Positions 53,124 to 63,852 of a stretch of 64,000 bases of DNA are shown piece by piece. Both the position numbers and the translations under genes were made by a program. Positions within the stretch are counted from its first letter, which is position 1; each line of letters begins with the position of its first letter. This DNA comes from Bispira polyomma (lineage: Eukaryota), in NCBI GenBank assembly GCA_965649765.1, contig OZ287749.1:22630001-22694000 (forward strand). The letters are read 5' to 3'. The notes below the pieces were generated by a model. It did not search any database, was not told the DNA's origin, and saw only the letters and a list, made by a program, of their open reading frames with translations.

Positions 53124-53743
53124 CTGTAATGACACACAAACATATGTATATCAGTGACTACCGCGTAGAGCACCTGCCATCATACCACCATGAACTGTGC
53201 AACACCCTTACATTTGAATTACCATCAAGCTCAAAAACCAATCCAGTATTATAAGGTGTAGATAAAAGAGAACTTATTTGATATTGATTACTGTAACTTT
53301 GACCAAGATACCAGCATACCACCTAATTGTACACAACTGTTCTTTGTCTTATATTTTGGATTAAAGTAATTCCTTTATGTACTAAAGGTTTGACACAGCA
53401 TCAACATAATAACTTTAATTAAACAAAGACACACTTGCATTATGTTCCATGGACATGATTTCTTGCTTAATAGCACAGCATAGTGACTGCATTCACAATT
53501 ACTTAAGACATAACTCAACATAGGGTTCTAAATATCCACACTATAGCTTTTCAAACTTAAACATCTGCCTACACAATAGTTCTAAACTTTCACATCTGCT
53601 TACAACTAAAGTTCTAAACTTGCATATCTGCCAACACCATATATATCTGCCTGACATTTTATAACACAATGCCAACCAGTCCTATCACTATCCATTCAAC
53701 TGTCTGTTTTGTTACGATCATATTGTTAATTCATTTCGCCACT

Positions 53744-53856
53744 TCAGTCATCCTTCAACAACCCCTTATCTCTCCGTTGTTTCATGTATCTACAGACAGC
53801 ACGAACTTCATAAGCTGTTTCTACTGCACTGTATCCAAATTTCCTTCGTGCAAATT
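53744..53856 (-). CDS. Alternative last exon 35
   Basis: ctgtgtattgtag|AA then FARRKFGYSAVETAYEVRAVCRYMKQRRDKGLLKDD*. Confidence 0.78.
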
Positions 53857-54119
53857 CTACAATACACAGAAAAACAAAAGAGCCTTATACTATTTATAAG
53901 ATCCAAATTCATCTTGAAGGACAATTTTCTCTCCAATTTTTTGTCTATTGACTATCACACTTAATAATGTCATCAACAATGACTTCTGCATCATATAATG
54001 CAGTATTTTAGAAGAGCACATCCACTTTTATATATCACATGGTAATACACCCAAGACTCCGCTCTGATAAAGTGGTCCAAAGTTTAATCCAAAAAGTTAA
54101 CTGCTCAAGTTTCCCACTT

Positions 54120-54262
54120 TCACCAGTCTTTTGAAAATATGTCTGAGTCTAGTATCAACTTTTCTTCTTTCTTGCGCTTCCTCCACCTTTCTTGAGCACC
54201 AACATGGCACATTAAGTTAAAAGCCTCAAGTTCTGTCATTGATGTTCTCCCACAAACATAAG
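54120..54262 (-). CDS. Alternative last exon 36
   Basis: gtgtatttttag|CT then YVCGRTSMTELEAFNLMCHVGAQERWRKRKKEEKLILDSDIFSKDW*. Confidence 0.77.
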
Positions 54263-56694
54263 CTAAAAATACACAAACAGGACACTATTACTCACTGGTG
54301 CCACTTTTCTAGTTTTTTTGGGTTTTTTTTTCTTTACATATTTGTAATTAGCAGATTAATTACTATTTTCAGCTAACAAAGATCTGACTGGTTAACTTTC
54401 AATATCGTGATATCACTAAAATGCAGGGGACATCATTGTAAAATGTAAGTTATTGTTTCTAGGGCAATGGAAAGATGTGACAAATGGGCAGAGTTCACCA
54501 GGTTGAGACAGCGGTTCAACAATAGTTAAATTTGAAAAGTTATTAAGATATTACAGTCATTCAACGAAAACAAGAACACCCAAAAATATAAATGCGGCCC
54601 ACACAAAAGTCTTTACTACTTTTTTAGTAAAAAACCCAGTAATTTTATACCCCATCTGTTCAGTAAAATTACAATGGCTCTCTTACAGAGCAATTTTCCA
54701 GAAGTTAAAACCCTTGGCCCTTAAGATTTATAAGCAACCAAGTAGCCCAACAATGAGACAACTAGGGCAGACCCATAACTATGTATATATTATTTTATGC
54801 CTTGGGGAGTTTGTAAAATCACACATCTTAAAATCCAAACTTTAAGCTTATTGGGCTTCACCAACTTTCTATGATTTGAGTAATTACATCCGTGAGCCTA
54901 AATATGTCATCAGTATTGCAATTCACCTGATTCAATGCCATCTTGAGCTCTCTTTTGGGAGGGAAAAGTAGACCAACTGTGTGCTGGAAATATTTACTGG
55001 AGAAAGTATTTTAACCCTATCGACCCCTAGGTTGTCAGCCAGCAACATTTCTTACTCCAGGAGCCTATGTCAGTCAGCAAGCAGTGGACATCCAAAAAAT
55101 ATTATTTTATTTCAGTTCCTCAAAATATAAAATTGTTCGTACAGCAAAATTCCCTCTTTACAATTTGCTGTTTAATAATATTGTACACAAGGCCGTTATT
55201 TAATGCTTGAAATAGTCAGTGGCATGTTTTAGAGACTCCGGATATGTGTAACCTATTATCCCCCGGTACATTTCCTTAAGTTGCAGGGGATAGTTTTTTC
55301 TTGGGGTCGCCAGAGTTCCAATGGTAAGAGAGAAGTCTGTGCGCAGAATCTGGAAAATGTGTCTTTCTAAAAATTGTGAGCTCTGATCAAATTTCGCCTT
55401 TCAATAGATACTGCCTAGTTTAGCCGTTAATTAAAATGATTCATTAAAGGAGGCTTTAGAACCAAGTAGTCTACTGTATATTGGGTGACATTAAATTACA
55501 CGCTTTTTTTCTATGTACATTTCATTTTGGCTCCAATGTCTTTGCTTGTGTCATCTTATGGACTAACCATATGAAGGATTGGCGGAATTATTTTCCTGTT
55601 TGCAATTGTATCAGCATTAATTAGCAAGTACCAGCATTAATCAGCAAGTACCAGCATTAATTTTCAAGTTAAGTTTACTTGATAAATGTAAGCTAAACAT
55701 TATTTTTGTGCAACTGTATGACTGGTCTTTAAAAGAGATTTTTATTGTAACAATTTAATTTGTATCCACTATAATTGTCCAGTCATACTGCAGGAAATAA
55801 TCTGACTAGTACTAATAAGAATTGCACGAATGCTCATCTAGAGTTGATATTTGGTTTGATGTCACTTTCAAATCATTGGTTAATATGGTCACCAAGTTGG
55901 TAGTACATGTATTAGTTCACTTGATCATATAAGTAAGTAAAAAGAAAAACAATGGGATATCTGTTCTTAGACTGGTTTATTTTAGGTTACTTCAATATAT
56001 ATATTGACATGAAGCAGCAACATCACCTTATACATAAAGACAATTACATCACTAAATATAAACCTTAAAAATATAAACATTAAAAGGAACTTTTTCTTAG
56101 CCCCAGTAAACACTTTAACAAAACTATATACACTAAAATTATACAATTTACACACTATAGATAAACAAATAATCACAGAAGTACCAGTTTGTAACAAGTA
56201 CTACTTTGTAATTACAATATGAACATAATTATTCTAAACTACTGAGAATATCCTTTCTCAGAACACAGCAATCAACCTTAAAAATTGATACTCTTAATCT
56301 ATTTAAAATACTGCTCCATTATGTTGAACACATTTAACTAGATCATTTTTCAAAACGCAGTCTCTCCTTCCAAATATAAATATATATAAAGTGTTATTTA
56401 AACTACATACATTAATCTCAAAAACATTTTTTAGGTAAACTGTAATTTTTCCTTGTATTTTTAGAAAGATTCTTCACACAAGTCCATCAAATGTCACTTC
56501 AAGTTTAAAATTGTTTATTTTTGTTTTAAAGATTACAGCAAGTTTTACTACTACTACTATATATCCAAATATTGTTGTATAAATTAAATATTGTCCACAT
56601 AGAGGTAAAAGTAAACCACCCAACAGTGTCAACTAAAACAGTCACTATTAAAGCTGTGAAACAAAAAAATCCTCTGGCCCTTTTGTCTCTACAT

Positions 56695-56798
56695 TCAGAG
56701 TATTCCTTTCTTAATCCGCAAACGGAAATAACTGCACACGAAATTGATGGCCTGTATAGCATCACTGTCCGATATACCTGTATGCATCTTAGCAAATT
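56695..56798 (-). CDS. Alternative last exon 37
   Basis: ttgtgttgtag|AA then FAKMHTGISDSDAIQAINFVCSYFRLRIKKGIL*. Confidence 0.83.
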
Positions 56799-57786
56799 CT
56801 ACAACACAATGCAATAAATAATACTGACATTAACATGAATGAACAGATTGCAGCAGCGAAGCTAAACAGTGCCTGTTATTTAATGAAAGTGAAAATGAGA
56901 GTTATTTAATGTCGGAACAAAGTGAAATTTTTAATACCAGGCACCAGTGAATGGGTTGTGAAAGCTAAGACTGCTGAAGTCCTTTTTATTTTTATATTTT
57001 TTTTTTGTGGGGGGATAAAGAATTTATCATCAATGCTTTTTGTTGAATGCTTGACACATACGGATGCCATTTTTCAGTTTCAATAAAAAGAAAACAATTT
57101 ATAAACGTCAATCAGAAATCTGTTTATAGTAAACACTAATAAAATAACAAAAGACTGGTAGACATAACACTTTTTAAATGTACAATTTTCTAATAACTTC
57201 AAAATACATGTAGTTTTTTGCAGTTAAATATTAAAACGAATAAGACTCGCATGTATTACAATCCATTTATTCATACAACTTGTAAGTTTTTTTTCTCTTA
57301 TATAAATAATGCGTATAATGTTAAACTGTAGTCAGCGATATACTGACAGGTTAGCATTTCGTTAAAATAATTTCCCTTAGTCACTCTAAAGATGTTCAAT
57401 TAACATCAATAGTTTACTGTTAAAACTTGTGATTAAACTTAAAGTGTAAGCAGCTTTGAAAGTAAAACTTTCCCACAACTATAAACATATTACATGTTAC
57501 CCATAGGCCAAAAACTAAAAATGTCTTACATATATTACATATATATATGTACAGTTTATACTAGTATATAGCAATCAAGTCTCATACTCTAGTTAACTTT
57601 AACTGAACCGAAAAAGAGAAACATCTTTCTAATATTTTAATCACAGATTTGTTCAAGATTGACTTCAACAATTGAACACAGTTTTCTATACATGTACTGA
57701 TAATTTGAAAGATTGAACATCTTTGTTTCAGTTTTAAGACGTACTACCTGCATCTGTTGTACATGTAACAACATTGAAAAAGACAT

Positions 57787-57911
57787 TCAATTACGGCGAG
57801 TTTCTCTGAACAAGCCCTTTTTCCTTAAGTATGTTCGGGTGTGAGAACACACTAAATTGATGAACTGAGTAACCTCTGTATCACTTAAGCCAGCAGCTCT
57901 CTTTGCAAACT
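57787..57911 (-). CDS. Alternative last exon 38
   Basis: ttgtattgtag|AG then FAKRAAGLSDTEVTQFINLVCSHTRTYLRKKGLFRETRRN*. Confidence 0.85.
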
Positions 57912-58631
57912 CTACAATACAATAAAGAGGAGTTTTCTAACTTCACAATTAATCACACAGATCTACTTTCGAGTAAACTGCACCAATGACATTTAAACAA
58001 GCATATTTTATATCAACCTTTCAACATCACACAAAAACACTTGGCTTTAAAGGTAACTTGTTTCTTTACATGTCAATATTATTAATTGAAAATATTGTGT
58101 ACTTTGGGGCAGACTTAATACTTTTCCAGGTTCACAAATGGTACTACAATGATACTTGATGTAAATGTCCATTGTTGGGAACAGATGGATGCAACAATAT
58201 GTAGGCACAAATCAGCTATCCATGAGACAACACACGAGAACCAAATTCAAAATATCCCAGAAATTGATGGAATATAAATACACTGTAACTGACATACGTT
58301 TCAGCATCGACTTAGTCACAGGCACATACGTTTTCTTAATATTGCAACATGACTTCTAAAAGTTCCTTCCACCTTCCCTTAATTTAATCTACCAGCATAT
58401 CTGCATCATCTAGTTCCCCAGTGTAATCCCACTGTTATCCTAGTTACTTACTACACCTAATTTATCACATAGAACATAACAAGATTGCTACATAGAGACA
58501 CCTTTTTTTCTACATTAGTCATCTCAACAGCAACCGTCTTTGCTACTCTTGTACCTGGTTTGGTACCCCTTTTCTCCTGTTGCCTTCTAATGCTGTTTTT
58601 AAGACCTTCCCTGGCTTTAGGATCCACCATC

Positions 58632-58774
58632 CTACTCTTGTACCTGGTTCGGTATCCCATTCTCCTGTTGCCTCCTAATGGTTTTTCTAAGACCTTCCCT
58701 GGCTTTAGCACACACCAGATTGACACACCTCACAAAACAGCTCGGGCTCATTCCAGTCCTGCATGTTGCATATG
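58632..58774 (-). CDS. Alternative last exon 39
   Basis: ttctgttttcag|CA then YATCRTGMSPSCFVRCVNLVCAKAREGLRKTIRRQQENGIPNQVQE*. Confidence 0.85.
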
Positions 58775-58922
58775 CTGAAAACAGAAGTGGGTTTTTTTCT
58801 TAGGAAGTAAACAACTTTTCAATTCCATGCTTTTTTTTAAAATATATATCCAACACCAAATATCTCCCTTGGACCATTTCCTTATAATTGAATATTAAAC
58901 CGTCTGTACAGATGGAAGCACT

Positions 58923-59032
58923 TTACAATGTAACATTCCATTTCCTGACTTGCACTCTTGCCTTTGCACAGACCCAGTTGACGTTTTTGACAAAGTCAGA
59001 ACGTGAAAGTCCAGTCCTTCGAGCAGCATATT
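58923..59032 (-). CDS. Alternative last exon 40
   Basis: ttttgttgtag|AA then YAARRTGLSRSDFVKNVNWVCAKARVQVRKWNVTL*. Confidence 0.85.
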
Positions 59033-59577
59033 CTACAACAAAAACACAACAATTACTCCAGATCATTTCACACTCACAAAGACTTGCATCTGATGAGTAC
59101 TGCACCACAAGTGAATTACGCACTTTCCTTGACAACCTGGAACCTATATTTCAACCCTTTCTCAATACAAGCAACTTCACTTCCAAGAACAACCCAAAAG
59201 ATGCTTTCCTCTTTTGTCTATACTCAAACAAGCACAACACTCGTATTTTCTGATCTCCACTCAAAAGACTAACATTTGTAACCACCTCCACTTCCTCATT
59301 GCAAGAATTTATAATCCTCATGGATCTCAAGAGAATGAGCCTAACTTATGATCCTATTCGGCGCAAGAGAATGTAGTGTATGTAAGTATCAAACACTCAA
59401 TACTACTGCTCCAGCACCTGCTTCTCTCTATTAGTGTATGGTTCTCATATCCAACATCCTTTCTTGTGTCAAACTATCACATCTTGTTATCATACACTTC
59501 ACACTGGACATCTACTGTGACCATGGCTCTTCTATCCCAGGTGTATATCATGCCTATATTAGTCATCCAAATTTGTT

Positions 59578-59702
59578 TCATTGCTTGATGATGAGCTTTG
59601 GTGATGTTTTCTTCTTCAGAGTGAAGCGGTAATGACGACAGACATTATTTATTGCTACTACCACTTTGGCACTACTGATTGATGTCCTGCTGGTGGCAAA
59701 TT
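59578..59702 (-). CDS. Alternative last exon 41
   Basis: ctgtttttgcag|AA then FATSRTSISSAKVVVAINNVCRHYRFTLKKKTSPKLIIKQ*. Confidence 0.85.
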
Positions 59703-59920
59703 CTGCAAAAACAGATCAAAATTCAGTTGTGGTTTTTCCCCCACCATTACAACAGAACTACACATGAATGAGGAACTGAACTCTCAAATAGATTCTTATA
59801 ATAAGAAGCATATGCAGTTATTAGGGGAATTTCCCAAATCCCTGTTAATAACATCAAACGATTCCTCAAACCTAGCAACACTAGCATTTTTTCAGTTTGT
59901 TGAGACCATCAAAGACAATA

Positions 59921-60093
59921 CAGTTGAACCCCTTTAAGTCGAACCTCAAGGGACCAGGAGAAATACCTCTACTTAAGCAGGATTTCCACTTAATGGTAGA
60001 TTTCAAAGGAAAATGCTTTAATGGGACTTTAACTTTGTCTCCACATAACAGGGAAAATGACTTAACAGAGTTCTACTTAAAGGGGTTCCACTG
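59921..60093. mobile_element. Tc1/pogo-type MITE
   Basis: TA|cagttgaacccctttaagtcgaac...gttctacttaaaggggttccactg|TA. Confidence 0.75.
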
Positions 60094-60489
60094 TAGTATA
60101 CTATATATCAGAGAACAAAAGTCTGGTGAACATTTTTTATTGCAAAGAACTGCTTAGTCGGAAACATCGGAAAAACTAACTAAAGATGACCAACAGTGAT
60201 CAATGTCCAAATACCCATTGCCTCTTATTTTGTTGCTTCATAAATCTTTAAAAAACCAATGTGGTAAATTCATATATACCCATATATTCTTTGTTGAATC
60301 ATTTCCTATTTTAACAATGTACATCCACTAAGTTCTTCTTGTTTCAAGTTATAATCACAAAAAGTGAAACGTCCAGAACTACCAGACTATATCTGTCCTT
60401 AAATATTTTGACTAACTTTCGGATGAATATTCACAAGTTCATATCAATCCGTCCAACAAAAACTTGATCATATAATTGGATATTAATTG

Positions 60490-60602
60490 CTAGTTGGGCC
60501 AGCTTCCTCTTTTCTTTAACTTAATTCTCTGCTGCGTACACACATTGTTGATGCATTCCACAAAGTTTCTTTCTGATATGGCAGCTCTTCTTTGCACATA
60601 TT
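60490..60602 (-). CDS. Alternative last exon 42
   Basis: atttctttacag|AA then YVQRRAAISERNFVECINNVCTQQRIKLKKRGSWPN*. Confidence 0.85.
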
Positions 60603-60960
60603 CTGTAAAGAAATATAAGGTCACTTTTCAACTATTAATGAACTCTGGTTGTGTAGTAGCAATGATGAATGTACAACTTAACAGTACTGACAAATTGTTC
60701 AAAATTAAACAACACCACCAGGAAACCTAAAATATTTACAGGTACAATGTACACCAACGAGAAAAATGGATATACATGTACATATTGTTTAGGTTTTTCC
60801 TTTGCAGCTGTAGTCCAGGTTTTAAAATGCAACAAAATTAGCCAGCTACTAAGCACAACATGGATGTATCTTCAGTGCACTTTCCATGAGATAAACACTG
60901 ATGTTTCTTGTGATCATTTTCTTATATGACTAATATGAATAAAGCTTCTTAATATTTCTG

Positions 60961-61091
60961 TCAATCACTGGTAATTTGTTTCTGCGTAAGCATTCCTTGG
61001 CGACGGAGCAGCTTTTTTTTCTCAGAACAAATTTTATTGATGATGACAGTCACCACACTAGAAGCCATTCCAAATCGCTGGTAAGTGAACT
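60961..61091 (-). CDS. Alternative last exon 43
   Basis: tctatcttgcag|AG then FTYQRFGMASSVVTVIINKICSEKKKLLRRQGMLTQKQITSD*. Confidence 0.85.
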
Positions 61092-61344
61092 CTGCAAGAT
61101 AGACAACAATTAAATCCATTAGTGTCAGTTCTTGCACTCCAGAAAATGCTATTAAACCCAAATTCCTAGAAGTAGAAGCATAATTTCTAACAATCCAAGA
61201 AATTCCCTTAATTTGATAAACGTAGCAACATTTCTTCCTCAACTTCTTCTCGGAAATATTGTGCGTACTAGTTTTTCTGTGTATTGGTTATCAACAAATG
61301 TTACTGTTGCTGAGTACAACACATATCAATTTATTGTGCACTAT

Positions 61345-61496
61345 TTATAGACCATTATGGTAAATCCTAGGATTATTTTTCTTAGCAGGCGGCAATTCTC
61401 CGCGACGTCTTAAGCTTTCTTTTTGAGCATGACATACTTTAGTGATGACCTGTACTATCTCAGGCATAGGCATCCAATATCTCCGCTGAGTGAATT
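61345..61496 (-). CDS. Alternative last exon 44
   Basis: tatattttttag|AA then FTQRRYWMPMPEIVQVITKVCHAQKESLRRRGELPPAKKNNPRIYHNGL*. Confidence 0.83.
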
Positions 61497-61719
61497 CTAA
61501 AAAATATAAAATGCAAACCTCCATTACCAGAAACCGGCATTCTGTTGGGTATTTCTTCCACCACAATATACATACTTCGACAGATTTTGAAGAAACTAAC
61601 AGAGAAAGATTGGTCATAAATTTAAGTGACAATAAAAGTCACATCTGGTGCTTCTAGCTGGTATATATCTGCTATACTGAAACATCAACTTACATCCGCA
61701 CTTTCTTACTAATCATTAT

Positions 61720-61900
61720 ACTGGCTTTCCTTCAGTAATCGTAAAAGGGAAAAAATAAAAAGAGACTTTCCGTTTCTGTGTTAAACCGAGCAAAAGGGCT
61801 GGATCTAAAGCTTTCTCTACAGCTGCCCCTGTGTTATTGAATAGTCTCCTTCTTGAGCTCAGATCACTTAAAACCTATCTCCTTATTAATTATCGTCAAC
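61720..61900 (+). mobile_element. Degraded L2/CR1-like LINE 3' fragment (co-duplicated at ~63240-63420)
   Basis: Translates as GSKAFSTAAPVLLNSLLLELRSLKTYL (copy: GSRTFFIAAHMLWNSLPVEL), matching the LINE at 3935-4396. Confidence 0.65.
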
Positions 61901-62892
61901 ACTAAACCAATTTTACATCAATAAAGTGCTGATGCGTACCTAAACTCAACTATTTTTTGTGTTTTCCAGTATAACTACCAATTTAAGTGTAAGATGATTA
62001 TTTTTTGTTTTTCACAGTATACCTTTAAATTTAAGTGCAAGATGAACATTGATGAAAGTTACAATTTTATCTAATTATTTATATTTATCCTACTTATATT
62101 TTGCTTTGGCGACAAGCCGTCAAATGTGCTTCGGAGCGCACACTAGAATTCAGCCAATAGAGAGTAAAACATATATGATAGAGTTGCAAAGCCTGGACTC
62201 GATGCATTGCTATATTTGTCAGAGTCGACCGATGCATTGATATCTCGACTGATCATCGCAGCTTTGTTGATCATTATACACATACATTCATACTTAAATG
62301 TGTGGGTGCTTTATATTGATATTTTACAGGTTCTGTCAATTTTAACCCTGATAAAAGTACATCGCCAGTAAATCTCCATTCACATCATGTACATTCTTAT
62401 GTTTAATAAGCTGCAAGCTGCTATCCGAGAAGCGATAGCTTGTATCCAACATTTACATTTCGCAGTACTATCCAATTTTATAGTCTGCTTAGCCTGAAGT
62501 ATTAAATTGCTTATTTGAGCTATCACCTTATTGCATAAAAATACCAAGTTTTACTTTCAATGTGGTAAACTTGTAGTCTTGTAAGATATAGACACTGGGC
62601 ACAAGAACCTTAAACTTGGATACTAAAACTAAAACTCAAAGATTTTATCTGCACAATATTGTATTCTAGACATTAAAACACAATAATACACCTGAGACAC
62701 CATTTCTAACAATCTAAGAAATTCCCTTAATTTGATAAATGTAGTAACATTTCTTTTTTTTATAATCTTCTCAGAAATATTCTGCGTACTGGTTTTTCTC
62801 TGTATTGGTTATCAACAAGTCTTACTGTTGCTGAGTACAACACATATCAATTTATTGGGCGGTATTTTAGACCAATATGGTATATCCTAGGA

Positions 62893-63017
62893 TTATTGTT
62901 TACTAGCAGGCGGCAATTCTCCGCGACGTCTCAAGCGTTCTTTTTGACCATGACATACTTTAGTGATGATCTGTACTATCTCAGGCATAGGCATCCAATA
63001 TCTCCGCTGAGTGAATT
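62893..63017 (-). CDS. Alternative last exon 45 (recent duplicate of exon 44)
   Basis: tatattttttag|AA then FTQRRYWMPMPEIVQIITKVCHGQKERLRRRGELPPASKQ*. Confidence 0.83.
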
Positions 63018-63727
63018 CTAAAAAATATAAAATGGAAACCTCCATTACCAGAAACCGGCATTCTGTTGGGTATTTTGTTCCACTACAATATTTATACTTC
63101 GATAGATTTTGAAGAAACTAAGAGAGAAAGATTTGGTCATAAATTTAAGTGACAATAAAAGTCACATCTGGTGCTTCCAGCTGGTATATATATATGCTAT
63201 ACTGAGACATCAACTTATATCCGCACTTTCTTACTAATCATTATACTGCCTTTCCTTCAGTGACCTCAAAAAGGGGAAAAAGAGACTTTGTTTCCTTTGT
63301 TGAACCTAACAAGAGAGCTGGATCTAGAACTTTCTTTATAGCTGCCCATATGTTATGGAATAGTCTTCCTGTTGAGCTTATATCACTTAAAACATATCTC
63401 TTCATTAGAATTCGTCAACACCGAACAGACAATAGCAATAACCTTAATGTTAGACACTAAACCTCAAAGATTTTATCTGCAAACTATTGTATTCCAGACA
63501 TTAGAACACCACACATACTTCATAAAATCGAAGACACCACATCACCACTTCTTAATCTTGGCAATGGTATGTGTATTTCTTGGGGAGCCTAAAACTTTGC
63601 ACTGTCTCGCGTGTACAGACTAGCAGTAGAATCTCTTCAAAAGACTGAAATAAAACCTACTGATGACCCAACCAAAAATGCATGCCTCTGGTCTCTTGAG
63701 TATGTTTGGATCAATCTAATGTAGTCT

Positions 63728-63852
63728 TTAACTGTTCGATATTGGGTTAAAAGTCCCTTTCTGGCGTAGAAATCTTCTCAAGCCTCTACAGACATGGTTG
63801 ATGTAATATGTGGTGTCACTGCCCTTCATTGAGAAGCGCTGGTATGCATAGT
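63728..63852 (-). CDS. Alternative last exon 46
   Basis: ctttattttacag|AC then YAYQRFSMKGSDTTYYINHVCRGLRRFLRQKGTFNPISNS*. Confidence 0.85.

Larger units (their letters stand above)
61180..63510. repeat. Tandem duplication carrying exons 44/45 (offset 1521 bp)
   Basis: 61180-61920 is near-identical to 62700-63430; 62630-62690~63457-63510. Confidence 0.88.
1698..63852 (-). other. Array of >=46 alternative terminal exons, each encoding the C-terminal helices of a BEN-like domain; shared 5' exons not in window
   Basis: 46 exons share strand, splice phase (AG|NN then in frame), a terminal stop and a conserved motif; listed individually below. Confidence 0.85.

Noticed and set aside
1698-63852. 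Alternative reading as many separate small genes or one multi-exon repeat protein
   Set aside because: Each unit ends in a stop and lacks a start or upstream coding exon, and spacers as short as 113 nt cannot hold the rest of a gene
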